Position numbers and translations under genes: made by a program. From Flaccisagitta enflata (Eukaryota), in the NCBI GenBank assembly GCA_965153355.1, contig OZ231126.1, positions 28,706,001-28,770,000 of the forward strand: a stretch of 64,000 bases of DNA, in the 5' to 3' direction. The notes beneath the pieces were generated by a model. That model saw only the letters and a list, made by a program, of their open reading frames with translations. It was not told the DNA's origin and ran no database searches. How positions within the stretch are numbered: position 1 is the first letter of the stretch; every line of letters starts with the position of its first letter. Positions 14,219 through 27,909 of the stretch are shown piece after piece.

Positions 14219-16209
14219 TTTATCAGCCGCGTCCACACTGTTGTATGAAGATGACAGCCGTTATTACATTCATTCACTTGTTCATTTACTCAATTATTCA
14301 CTCGCTCAACTTTGTCAGATTCTTCATCCCGGTAAAAGCAAATCGATGTCACTTTTGGATTTGAGATCAATGTGAAGATTTAAGTAAAGGATTGAAACAA
14401 TATGATTTCTGTCCTTGTCCTTTTTGTGCTGTTTGTCCCTTTTTGTGCTGTTTCTTGTTTGGGATATGGAAGCAGTTGACTGCTTTTCATTTGGCCGGTG
14501 AGATGGCCTTTTTAGTGACGTGTGCTATGTCAGTCGGTCGGTCGGTTGGTCGGTTTGTCGGTCCGTAACGCTTGGCTTTTTCGGCGTTTACTTGCATCAC
14601 TGCTCCTACCTAAGTGCTAGATAAGCCTTTTTTCACTGCCCCTGCCCACCCGCAAGCGATTTGTTAAAACGAGAAAATTGAAGTGGAAGCGGTGGAACTG
14701 GTATGGAAATTGAGCGTATTCCCGGCCGATGCACCAATTATTAAAGATAAATTATTGTATTAGTCCCATAGTCGAGTGTTCAGTGAAATGATGACACGCA
14801 CAAACACAGACCTGATCACCAAGGCTTCTCTCCTGTCTGTGCTTCTTGATGGGGACCTGACTACAGTACAGGCCCCTCTTCGTACGGCCACCATCGAATG
14901 CTCTAGTTGCAGCGGACGTCCGACTCCACATCCGTCCGGGACTATCTTGCTAACTTCGTAGCCGGAAAGTGTCTTATTCATTGTCTTACATTCTTCTTAC
15001 TTCATCTTGGAGAGATGGGAGAAAGAGATAACTAACGAGATTCGACGTGTCGTTTGATCAATTGATTACTATTTAAACCCCATTTCAGCTGTACTCCTCA
15101 TTCAATCAATCATGAAAGCCAACTTGCCTACACAAGGATAAAGCAACGGATCAATCTAACGATAAACAGGAGCAGCTTCATCATTCACAAGAGACGCTAG
15201 CTACTTGCTAGAGTTGCTGAAATGGTAGGGAGCTAACACTCAAATACTGAACGTCGGAAACTTATGAAAGAACGTAATTAATCCTCCCATCAATCTACGT
15301 AAAATATCGAGAAAGTGATTCTCCTAATAAAACTAACATTGTCGACAAAATCTATACATCTAAGAGAATCAGACTTGTAAATGTATAAAAGCTAATCGTA
15401 AGTTAAAATATACTGTCAATCTGTCACGAGAAAAGGTACGGATGATCTAAGAACAGGATGTGTGGAAATACACTAAACAGGGACTGTTTCTTTTTGCATC
15501 CATTAAATACTAGAGTTCCTGAAAAGCTGGATGCCTAAATTACTCTATTACAAGCGCTTCCGTGTCCCTGTCACTAAAACAGAGTTCGAAATGAAGAATC
15601 GACGAATCTTGCCGAACGTGAACACGTTCATTCTTCCGGTATGCAGTCATTTACAGATATCTCTTATAAAAAAGAACGAGTTGCTGGCCAAAGAAAGAAG
15701 ACGCACAAAAATTTAACGTCCCGGTTAATCTAATTAGCAAAATGGTTTAATTATTCATTATAGTTTTTTTCTTCAGCCAAACAAACATTTTTTCTTGATG
15801 CTGCCTCGTGGCTCACCTAATCTAGTTACCGAAAAACGTTTTCGTCGTTCTTTAAGACCGATTTTATTTTATTTTTCATTGTTTTGAACTAATAGCTTAT
15901 GAACGATCGGTATGTCTTCTATCTGCCATTAAATTGAACATTTTTAGTTTCCGGCGATAAAAACTCTAATTTGCGATGAAAACTTTTAATTATTCTGATT
16001 AACGAGCCATGAAACCTTTTTATGGATATAACCTCAGCAACGTGATGGCGCGGGAGAGATCCTGCTTGATTTCATGAACACACACAAAAAAAAAAAAACA
16101 AACAAGAGAGGACGCATCTGAAAACAGAGAAGATAGATTTGTGGATGATAGATGGGAACTTAACATTGAAAAGAATAATATGGAAATGGTTCTGTGATAT
16201 CAAAAGGAT

Positions 16210-16410
16210 ACAAGGCCGGATACACGGCTACCCCAGTCGCCTGCGGGTGGGCAGGGGCCATATCTGAGGTCACTTGATCATTTGGGCAGGAGCAGTGAGG
16301 CCAAAGACCACAAAAAAAAACAACAAAAAAGTAAGTGTGACAGATGGACGGACCGACCGAACGACGGACCAACAAAGCGGGGTGTAGAGTCGCGTAGCAC
16401 GCGACTAAAA
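16210..16410 (-). mobile_element. HINE-like element, AGTCGCGTG subfamily
   Basis: Same terminal architecture as 10707; further copies at 17649-17805(-), 37571-37767(+), 46768-46972(-), 59996-60207(+). Confidence 0.85.
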
Positions 16411-16575
16411 ATCTGGAGTGATTAAAAAAAAACGTGACACGGTTGTGCACACAGAAAATCTGTATGAATCCGTTCAAATCACTTGAATTTCACGCATAGG
16501 TACGTTGGATAAGTTTGCCCATCCCACTGCAGTTTTTATGACAAGTGGAACAATATCCCTCACTATACCTAAGCT

Positions 16576-16750
16576 AACAAGGCCGGATACACGGCCAATT
16601 CCAGTCGCGGACAGGTGGGCAGGGGCGGAAATACGTGTTTTCCCACTTTTCGACTCGAGCGTGACGGACGGACGGACGGACGGACGGACGGACGGACGGA
16701 GGGACGGACAGACAAAGCCTCTTATAGAGTCGCTAGTCCGCGACTAAAAA
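16576..16750 (-). mobile_element. Short HINE-like element (AGTCGCGGAC/AGTTGCGGAC type)
   Basis: AACAAGGCCGGATACACGGCC...(GGAC)n...CTCTTATAGAGTCGC..CCGCGACTAAAA; relatives at 24650-24789, 27603-27762, 35807-35952, 45092-45264, 51872-52026, 52929-53108, 59452-59622, 61764-61903. Confidence 0.82.
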
Positions 16751-17801
16751 CTAGATGAAATGAAAAACACTACTACTGAACCAAACCAAATTTAGGAACA
16801 GGGCCATGTGAGCCCAACTCTCACCTATAAATAGTCATGTCCGTCAGTCTGTCTGTTCGTTGAACGTATTGGCCCACTTGGCCCTGTTTTTTTGGTTTTT
16901 ATGGGTTTCTCTGCCTCTGTTTTTAGTGGAGTGGCCTCTCCAAGATAACAGGCACACCCTCCTCAAGTAGGCCGAAGTGGGGAAGATGAAGCCACGGAAG
17001 AGGAGCTCCCAGGGCAACAGCCAGAGAGAAAAAGGAAGGCAGGGCAAAGCCGGCAAGGGAGAAGGACGGACCCAACCCAGATATCAGAGAGGGTAAGAAG
17101 GGGAAACGCGCGGAACTACATTCAGGTGTGTCAATGAGTCATAAAACTCCTTTTTGCGTCTATTCATTGTCCATTTTTTAAGTCAGGCAAACTCACCTAC
17201 GGTTAGACAGACTGGCAAACTGAGAGAGAGACCCACGCAAACAGACAGACATACTTAAGAAGAACGCGAGCTTAAACTATTTAGTCTTTTGCCTTTAGTT
17301 TAGCCTACGATTAAGTCTTTAGTTTAGGTGGTCCTGATCAATCGTTGCAAAAGCTATGTCTGTTTATGACTGTCGAGGCGACAATTCAGATTTTAAGACG
17401 GATAGACGGTCAGATAGACAGACTTGGGAAGCGCGCGACTTTGAACCGTTTAGTCTTTAGGCGGTCATGAGTCATTCATCTATCATTGCCAAAGCTGAGT
17501 CGGTTCCGGACCAACAATACGTCAATTCTCCATTCAAAAATACTTTATTTCTGATTTGATTTCTTTTGTTATGCCAACCAGACCAGAGAAAATAAAAAAG
17601 ACCCTCAACAATACTTTTTTTTTAATGAATGGATCCGGTTTGTGAGAAAACAAGGCCGTATACACGAGCCGAAGTCGCGTGCGGGTGGGCAGGAGCAGCG
17701 AAAAAACAAAGTGTCACCGACCGACCGACCGACCGACCGACCGACCGACCGACCGACCGACAGACGGACAGAGTGGGTTGTAGAGTCGCGTGCACGCGAC
17801 T

Positions 17802-17888
<87 letters not shown>

Positions 17889-18522
17889 TGTGACAGCGAC
17901 AGGCAGGCAGGTGGAGACAGACAGAAAGACAAAGACAGACAGCTAAACAGATGTGGAGTAGGACACTGAGGAAAAGGGAAAGGCAGAAAAACAGACACAG
18001 ATAAATGCTGAGAGGCGGGGTCTGACCGACCGGCAGACAGATCTATGCACAAGCAGGAGATGTACAAACAGAGAGATACGAGACAAACACCCCAAAAGAA
18101 TGACAAATTAGGACAGACAAAGAATTTGACAGACACACAGACACACAGACAGACACTTAGATAGGCAGGTAGACAGACAGACAGATAGACAATTAAAAAA
18201 ACAGAGATTGACCGACAACGTAGGTGGCAACCAATATAAGAAGTGGATCGGAAGGAGACAGATATTGAGAGAGATAAACAATCGGACAATAGTACAGAGA
18301 GCAGATAGACATAGAGAACAATGCAATTGAGAACCATAGAATAGTGGGAGATGGGAGGAATCATTGTTGTTGATTATCCGTGCAAATGCCACCGGAGACA
18401 AATACACGAGAAATTTTCAGCTATCTCATTACCTTCATCTTCTTTTTCATAGTCATTGTCATCATAACCATCATTATCACTTCATCATCGTCATCATCGT
18501 CATCATCGTCATCATAATTACC

Positions 18523-18562
<40 letters not shown>

Positions 18563-18576
18563 ATATCATCATCACC

Positions 18577-18633
<57 letters not shown>

Positions 18634-18705
18634 TTCATCTTCATCTTCATCATCATCATCATCATCATCATCCCCTTCATCATAACCTTCGTCATCATTA
18701 TCATT

Positions 18706-18742
<37 letters not shown>

Positions 18743-18897
18743 CCATCATCAATGATCACGTAAACGAAAATGATCAAAATGGTGAAAAAGAATCGTTTCC
18801 TATGTCCACTGATGTTGCATCATTTACATTGCAGTAGTTTCATCAATTCCCTTTATCAATTGCTTCCATCCATAAGAATATCTGTCTTTCTTTGTTA

Positions 18898-19003
<106 letters not shown>

Positions 19004-21241
19004 TTTTTTTCTCCCCCTCTCATCTCTTCTCATCCTAATTTTCCATGACTCTTTCATAATTTTTCTCCATCACTTTCTCAGCCCCCGCTTTGTTATTGTT
19101 TCTCGATTTGGCCGTGCTTTCTGCTTGATGCCTTCGATTGTGTTCATAATCAAACCTAATGGAAAACAAACAAACAAACAACAAAGTAAAACACAAAGGC
19201 AATGGCAAAAAAAGAAAAGAAAAAAAGACTTACACAGCAAATATTTTTCCTGTTTTGCCCCTGGTTTACTTCAATTCTGGTTGACAAGGAAATAGTTGAG
19301 TTTTCTTTACAAAAGTCAAAAACCTTTCAACAATTTTTTTTTTCTCAAATTTTGACGTCAATTTTCCATCGAAAAGTTGGTCTCGTTCTCTCAAGTGGCA
19401 ACAGTCTGGGAGAAATCATTTAATACAAATTCGTCGTCATAGACACAAGTGGTGCCATGAAGTAAGAAGAATTACATCATTTGGTAAACCAAGATCAAAT
19501 ATTACACCACATAGATTGATATGAAATTCACTTTGATTAACATGAGTCATTGGGAAACAAAAATGATTTGATTCATTTCAAATCAAATACCAGTCAAAGA
19601 CTGATCATCACACCGACAAACAAAATACTCCATTATACAAAATATTGATTCATAAATGCCGTATCAGCAGAAACACATCACACATCAGACACGATGAAAT
19701 GATATGCACGTGCCTGCATGCATGCGTGCGCGTGAGCGTGTACCGGAATTTACGTCATTGTTTCATTTCCATTTGCATAATGTGCTTAATCCATATAATC
19801 TCCATTTGGAAATAATGGAAAACCTTTTAATCAGTTTGCGTGCACTGATTTCTCCGCCAAGGCACTGTTATCTGTGACAGACAATTTGTAGTGCACAATT
19901 TTTAAAAAAAGGACCAACCTCTAGCTCTACACTGTCGTTTATTGACTTTTTCTACAAAACTTGAAGATTTTAGATATAAATAAACTCTTTTTCGTGTCCG
20001 TCTTTCCATTACTACATAGCATAACTCTGGGTTCGTCGATTTTACGCTGAAGATCAGCCGGTATCGGCGTAGGTTCTTTTTCGGTGTCAGAATTTAAAAT
20101 CTGAAATTCATAGCTTGGAGCTCTCGACTTTAAACGCGAGGGATTGAATTTGGAACTTGAAACATAGAACTTTGATCTGCGAACTGAAAATCCCAAACTT
20201 GGCAAATGGAAGGAAATTGCGGTGAAATGAACCGTCAAAAGTATTTCCATGTTTGCTCGCTTTTTTTTGTTCAGTCTTTTTTTTTAAGTTTTTTAAGTTG
20301 CGTGTTACGCCTACGCGACTCCATAGGTCACTGTGTCCATCGGTTCGTCCATCTGTCGACCCGCCCATCACAACAAAAAAATTCATTTGACTTTTTCTGG
20401 ATGCTGAAGATCTTTAGAGTCAAAATGGATGTGTGAGGCTTTTTAAGTGTCCTCTGCATTTTTCACAAAAAAATTGTTTTTGTTTTTGGTTTTTGTTGTT
20501 TGAAAAAACTGGCGCGCGACGTTCTCATGAACTTGTTATTCTAGATCAGCAATTCATCATTTGTGACGAACTAATTTTTTTCTCAGGGTTGCCTCGATTA
20601 TCCAAGATAAGCCTCTTCACTTGACAAATCAAGAGCATGAAAAACTAGTCATGTACATCATGATGTAACGATTTTTCTTCTTGTCATAACTCTTAAGGAA
20701 ACAGCTAAGGAATATACCAAAACAACAGATGCTTTGCTTTACATTTTCGCGTTAAGGACAATCTCCGTCGCGCGACGCTTACGTAAATCTTTGTCTAATA
20801 TTTGAGTTCGTTGACAATCAAGCCAATGTACAAAAATATCAGGCAGACTATTGTATTTGTACTGATTGCTATCGCTTTTTAGCCAACGTCTCGCGAATGT
20901 CAGCTGTTAAGCATGACAGATTGACGTCAAACGCATATTTGTCCGTAGACATTGCGGACAAGCTAAACTGCTTCGACATATTGCCCATTCGTTTAAAAGT
21001 CATTCAATTGCAATTGCTTTCTTTGTTTTTCTTCCTCCATCCATAAGTTATTTCATATATGACTATGAGCACTTCAGCCCTCTGCCATTCTTATCTTTTT
21101 TCTTTGACTGTCTCTGTGCTTTTCTGTTTGTCAGCCTCTGTAACCGTTAGTCTGATTCTGTCAGTCTACGTATCTGTGTGTTTGCGCTCCTTTGTGTCTA
21201 TTTCTCTCTCTCTTTCTCTCTCTCTCTCTGTCTCTGCTCTG

Positions 21242-21478
<237 letters not shown>

Positions 21479-21620
21479 TTGCTTTTCTTAGTTATTATTA
21501 TTGTTCCTAGGAAATCTGGGAATGATCTTTTCCAAATAATTCCTGCTTTGCGCTGCCAACAATTTGTCCTAATCATCTTTTCCTTCATTTTCTTACCCCT
21601 TTTTTCTCTACTTCTTCTTT

Positions 21621-21927
21621 TTAGATGCGTCCGTCAGGAACGCATCTCTATAAGAGGGTCTGTCCGTCCGTCGGTCCGTCCGTCCGTCGGTCCGTCCGTC
21701 CGTTGGTCCGTCCATCGGTCGGTCGGTCGGTCCGTTACGCCTGTGCAAAAACCGCGTTTCTCGGCTGTTTTAGGCCACGATGAGATCCTACACTGTAACA
21801 AATAATCAACCAACATGTTTTGAGTCTTTTCACCCGTCTGTTCGTCCATCTGTCTCTCCATACATATGTCACATGATCAATACACGCTGAGACACAGCCC
21901 GGACACATCGTTGCCCGGTCGGGCTTC
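21621..21927 (+). mobile_element. HINE-like element, AGATGCGTCC subfamily
   Basis: Internal sequence closely matches 7421-7735 (TTACGCCTGTGCAAAAACCGC..., GGACACATCGTTGCCCGGTCGGGC). Confidence 0.82.
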
Positions 21928-22890
21928 TTCTTCTTCTTCTTCTTCTTCTTCTTCTTCTTCTTCTCCTTCTTCTCCTTCTTCTTCTTTTTCTTCTTCTTCT
22001 TCTTCTCCTTCTTCTTCTTTTTCTTCTTCTTCTTCTTCTTCTTCTTCTTCTTCTTCTTCTTCTTCTTCTTCTTCTTCTTCTTCTTCTTCTTTTTCTTCTT
22101 CTTTTTCAACTCCTTCTTCTTCATCTTCATCTTCTTCTTCTTCTTCTTATTCTCCTTTTTCTTCTCCTTCTCCTTCTCCTTCTCCTTCTCCTTCTTCTTC
22201 TTCTTCTTCTTCATCTTCTTCTTCTCCTTTTTTCCTAATCATCATCCCCTGCTCTTTTTTGTTCCTCTTCTCTTTTTCTACTTCTTCCTCTTTCATTTAT
22301 CGTCTTTTTTAGCACTCCCTTTTCCTTGCGTCTTTCCTCAACTCTCTGCCACTCCTTTCTTTCTCTTACTCTCCCTCTCTTCCTCCTTCATTTCTTCCAC
22401 CTTCCTCCATACCCTCTTCCTCCTGCCTCTCTTCATCCTCCCTCTCTTTTTCCTAATTTCCCCCTCCTTTCCTTTGCCTTCTCCCATTCATCTCTTTTTC
22501 CCCCTCTTCATCCTCCCTCCCCCTCCTTTCTTCTGTCTTCTCCCATTCATCTCTTTTTTCCCCTCTCCATCCTTCCTCTCTTCCAACTCTTCCTCTCTCT
22601 TTTCCCTTTCATCTCTTTTTCTTCACCTTTCTCTCTTTTACACTTTCTCTCTTCCTCTATTCTCTCATCCTCCTCCACCCCACCTTCCTCTGTTCCTCCA
22701 ATTCCTTCCCCTCTTCATCCCACCTCTCCTCCTTCTACTTTCGGTTCCCCCCTCCTGACTTCTCACTCTTCCCTCTATTCTTTTCCTACCCTTCTCTCTT
22801 CTTTCTCTTCTTTCTCTTCTTTCTCTTCTTTCTCTTCTTTCTCTTCTTTCTCTTCTTTCTCTTCTTTCTCTTCTCACCTCCTCTTTCCCT
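21925..22890. repeat. (CTT)n plus ~1-kb polypyrimidine low-complexity tract ending in a 9-bp (TTCTCTTCT)n repeat
   Basis: Directly visible; almost no G on the + strand. Confidence 0.9.
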
Positions 22891-23269
22891 AGGTCTCGGC
22901 ATTATATTGATTAGCGTTGGGGGATTTTCGACTTTAGTTAATTCACGATAATCATTATAAACCCCCTTTTTTGGCTGCGTTGAACCCCCAATTTCCTGCG
23001 GCCTTCAAGACGTGACCGAGTATTCAAACCAAAAGCATCTTCTTTTTTTTTCTTTTCTGGAACCCTTTCTGTGTGTGAAGAAGGATAAAAGGCAGGGATG
23101 ACAGATCGATAGTTCGGCCGCACGATCTCCCGAATGTGTTACAGTAAAATTCATTTCTCACAAACAAGCCTGGAAGGCTGTAACAAAAATTCGTTCGTCT
23201 GTAAAGAAGGAGCGAGGTTCTAGTGTAAGTGTGTGCCTAGGTATAGGTAGGTTACTGTGTGGACTATTC

Positions 23270-23520
<251 letters not shown>

Positions 23521-23958
23521 ATGTGTGCATGCGTGTGTGGATGTGATGCCTCACTACATGATACTCCTTGGAGAAGCAACTTGAAGGCGTCTGCTAAAAA
23601 AAGCAGCTGATCAAATGACCCCATGTAAGAAATTAGCGTGAACATCCACTTTCAGAAGCAAATGACGGATCTGAGAAAAGAGTTTAAGAAAAAAGAATCC
23701 AGAAGCGGTGAAATGAGGTTGAAAGAAACAAAAGCTTTTTGTGTTCCGCCCCTCGCAGATTTCCAGTCATGCTTCCTATCATCTTTCGGTCCCCGCAGAC
23801 TTATTTATTCTCAATCTCTCCATGTTTTGTACCCACGACCTAATCTCGCCACTATGCACTCCCCTGCCCTCCACTTCCCAACACTCTTTTTTCAAAATTT
23901 TCTCCCTTTCGTTAGTTTGTTTCTGCCATTTGTTGGTTGCTGCTCCCCAAGTCCCTAT

Positions 23959-24574
23959 CACTGTGCTTTCAATCCAAATCTGAGTGAAAAATCATATAAC
24001 AGTGGGTTTCTCCGCATTGTTGTGTAGGATTGGGGTGTGATAACATGTAACTAGCCAAAATAAAATCATTCACCGAGCGCTTTTTTAGTAATCTTCAAAA
24101 TGGAAAAAAATTAGACCCATTTTCAATGAAGATTCTATTGAGTTGTATTGACCTATTTTTTGACTTCATATTGTTAATCTATGCAAAATTCCCTTTCATT
24201 TGATAGGTCACACTATATGGTTTAATTTCAAAATAAAATTTTCATTTTTTGAGCCACCGTTACTTTTTTGTAACGGTGACTCAAAAAATGAAAATTTTAA
24301 TTCTTTGCGAAAGTATAGAGTGCGACCTATCAAATGAAAGGGAATTTTGCATAGATTAACAATATGGAGTCAAAAACTAGGTCAATACAACTCAGTAGAA
24401 TCTTAGTTGAAAATGGGTCTAAATTTTTTCCATTTTGAAGATTACTCAAAAAGCGCTCGGTGAATGATTTTGTTTAGGCTAGTTACATGTTATCACACCC
24501 CAACACTACACAAAAATGCGGAGAAGCCCACTGTTATATGATTCTTCACTCAGATTTTGATTGAAAGCACAGTG
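23959..24574. mobile_element. Palindromic non-autonomous DNA transposon, CACTGTG...CACAGTG termini, 4-bp TSD CTAT (Chapaev-like)
   Basis: ctat|CACTGTGCTTTCAATC...GATTGAAAGCACAGTG|ctat; arms of about 305 bp pair to the centre CACCGTTAC-TTTTTT-GTAACGGTG near 24266. Confidence 0.88.
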
Positions 24575-25270
24575 CTATTGTCTACCCATTTAAGCAGGCC
24601 CCCACAACCGTGTTTTGTCACCTCCTCTTCCCACTTTCCATTGCTCTTTTTAGTCGCGGACACGCGACTCTTCAACTTGCCGTGTCGGTCCGTCCTCCGT
24701 CCCTAACTTTTTTGAATTGCGAGCGGTTTTCGCATTACGGCCCCTGCCCAACCACCTGCGACTGCCTTGCCGTGTATCCGGCCTTGTTTTGTTTTACAAA
24801 AAAGCCACCAGCTTCTACTTACCCGCAACTGAAACTTTTCAGTCTTTTATCCTTAAACCCCCTCCATAGTCCTTCCCCTTTCCCTATCCTTTAACCCCCC
24901 CCCTTTTGTACTTTCCCTCTCTTCATCATTTAACCCTTCTCCAAATTCCATAGTCCATACCCATTCCCTTACTTTAACCCTTTCCCCATCCTTAAAACGC
25001 CAAAAGAGTCCCTTTTCCCATCTGGAAAAAAGCACTGTACGTTTTTTCTATATTTCATGATTTTATTAGGAAACCTTACATCCAAATGACTTGAATACTA
25101 GATTGCTGATATAAATGAAAAGGGTTTCGTGATAATTGCACATCTCATATCTCCACCTAGATCTGAACCTAAGTAACATAATTTTGTTTAACAAAAAAAA
25201 AGAACAAAAATTTAAATCAACCCAAACGTACCGTCCAGATGCTATCCTTTAACCCACCTCCTTTGTGCTT

Positions 25271-25776
25271 TTTGGGCAGCGGCCTCAAAGGGCCGATGTC
25301 CTTCCATTTGTCCTTCTGTCCCCCCCCCCCCCCGTTGACCGTCAAGGCCTCAAATTTTCCTTCCCAGCCCTCAATTAAGCCCTCCAGGCCTCAAATCGGC
25401 CTTCCAGGCTTTAAATCAGCCACCCCGCAAATCTGACCTTCAGACCTCAAATCTACCCTCCAGACCTTCAATTAGCCCTCCAAGCATCAAATCAGCCCTC
25501 CAAAGCTCAAATTCGCTCCCCAAACCTCAAATCTGCTCTCCAAGCCTTGATTCTACCCTCCAGGCTTCAAATATGCCTTGTGGGCCATGTGGCCTATATC
25601 AGTCACATAAAGCCTGAAATATGCCCCCTCAGGATGTCTGGAAATTCCTCCCTATGTTCTACAGGACATCGATCCTTCAGGGCCGTTGCCCTGCTCTCAC
25701 TCCACTTTTTCACTGGATCACTCCAAGCAGGGCATCGGGTACCGCTGACCATGTGCGATCCTTGGATGACTAGTTC
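25271..25776 (+). mobile_element. HINE-like element, GGGCAGCGGCC subfamily, with central ~21-bp tandem repeat
   Basis: T-run + GGGCAGCGGCC..AAAGGGCCGATGTCC with an inverted copy at about 25664-25691; CCTCAAATCTGCCCTCCAG-like repeats; homologous to 63557-64000. Confidence 0.72.
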
Positions 25777-27180
25777 CTTTCCCTTTCTTCATCATTTACT
25801 CCTCCAAATTCTCCATACCTATTCCCCATCCTTTAACCCCTACCAAATTCCATACCCATTTCCCATCCTTTAACCCCCACCAAAGTCCATACCCATTCCC
25901 CATCCTTTAGCGCCCTACAAAGTCCTTTCCCATTCCCATCCCTTTGACTCCCGCTAAATTCCTTACCTTTCCTCCTTCCTGCTGGGTTCACCTTTAACTT
26001 TTGAACTCACCCTTCCATTTGTTGGATTCTTTGATGAAGTGTTACTTCGTTTTCCAGTAACCCCATCTCTTCTTAGTTGTTCGCCTCCTCGCATCCTTAG
26101 TCCTTACTAGTCTGTTTATTATCCAGGTTGTTGGTCCGTCTGTCTGTTCATCTGCTGATCGGATTTGTAGTCAGGTGGACTCTCTTTCCTGCTAACTTAT
26201 AAATAGTATGTTATTTTAAGGGTGCTTCCAGTACATATTAGCCGATGAGCCGCTTCATAATTTTACTAAACACATATAACAAAGGCTCTCATACTTTAGT
26301 AAAATGGGAGTTGAGTAGTAATGTTGCCCGACTTTCATATATTGATTGCCCACCAGAGATTGCAGCGCTGCGAGGTCGTGCTGGTTTTTTTTTCAATCCT
26401 CTCTATCATAATATCATTCTTTAGTTGGTGTTTTTTAGTGTTTTGTGTTCCCCGCTGCCAATGAAAGTGCTTTTTTCCAGACACTATCGATGAAAAGACA
26501 AAAAAATTGAGACGTTTTTCTTTGTATTTCTTATTTCTAGGAGAATGAACTGCGTTCAATTTGATTTACCTAGTCTTGATTTACCTCTAGTCGCTTGAGC
26601 ACGACAATGAATGACGGTTTTTTGGATACGCAATCTGAAACTTGTCTTTGAGCTTAGCAATACGCTCTTCCCAAGTGGGACGACTGAGCATATGCCGCAG
26701 ATCAGTGACGCTTTCTCTGTATGACATGACAGTATGAGTAATGAAAGATTTTTCGGAATTTTTCGGAGTTTCCCACCAATCTGAAACTTTATTCATTCAT
26801 TTCATAATCCATTCATTTGATCATTCATTCATTCATTCATTCATTCATTTATTCTAAAACAACGTTCATCGTTCATCGTTGGCCTACCTGGCCTCGTTTC
26901 ATTCGTCGGTTGTTGGTTTGGTCCATCTGTCAGTCATTATCATTTACATAGTCAATTTTTCATCCTGCAACTTTCAATTCTTAACTTTTTTATTCTTTAA
27001 CTTAAAACTTAAAACATCAACGATATTTAAAATGTACGAATAGAAATTGTTTTTATTTCTTTAGACTTTTAAACTCTTAATCATAATTTCTTTGAACTTT
27101 TAAACGCCTAATTATACTTTCTTTAATTTAGACTTTTAGACTCTTGATCGCCCCGATCGCTACCCCACACCCTCAACTTC

Positions 27181-27280
<100 letters not shown>

Positions 27281-27397
27281 CAAGTTAGTGATGTGATCTC
27301 TGGTCCCCTTTCAAAATTAGAAAACGCATTAATCAAAAATAATTATTTAATGCTTTCGATGAAGAGAGAACTCCTCTTTCTCTTTTTCTGTCCCATA

Positions 27398-27496
<99 letters not shown>

Positions 27497-27843
27497 CCGC
27501 CCAAGATAATGCCAAAAAAAGAAAGCGGGAGGGAGGGTAATTTAAGAAAGAAACTGTTGATTTGATTTGCGCTCAAGAGCAGAAAATAATGAACAACTTT
27601 TTTTAGTCGCGGACACGCGACTCTACACCTTGCCGTGTCGGTCGGTATGTGGGTCGGTCCGTCGGTCCGTCCGTCCGTCACATTTTTGAATTCCGAGCGG
27701 TATTCGCATTACTGCTCCTGCCCAATCGTCCGCGACTGGATTGCCGTGTATCCGTCCTTGTTTTCCTTTTCAAGGGTCACGCGAACACAAAAGAGCCCTC
27801 GACATATTTCTCCTTATGAGGGGGAAAAAAGATCGACAATAAC

Positions 27844-27909
<66 letters not shown>

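Noticed and set aside
14756..15480. Possible solo LTR on the minus strand
   Set aside because: A TG end and TATA/polyA-like words exist, but I found no matching opposite terminus with a TSD and no second copy.
23959..24574. Transib/RAG-RSS element because the ends read CACTGTG/CACAGTG
   Set aside because: TSD is 4 bp rather than 5 bp, no nonamer is seen, and sister elements share only CAC.
26587..26796. Minus-strand 69-aa ORF that looks protein-like
   Set aside because: No recognisable domain or partner exons.
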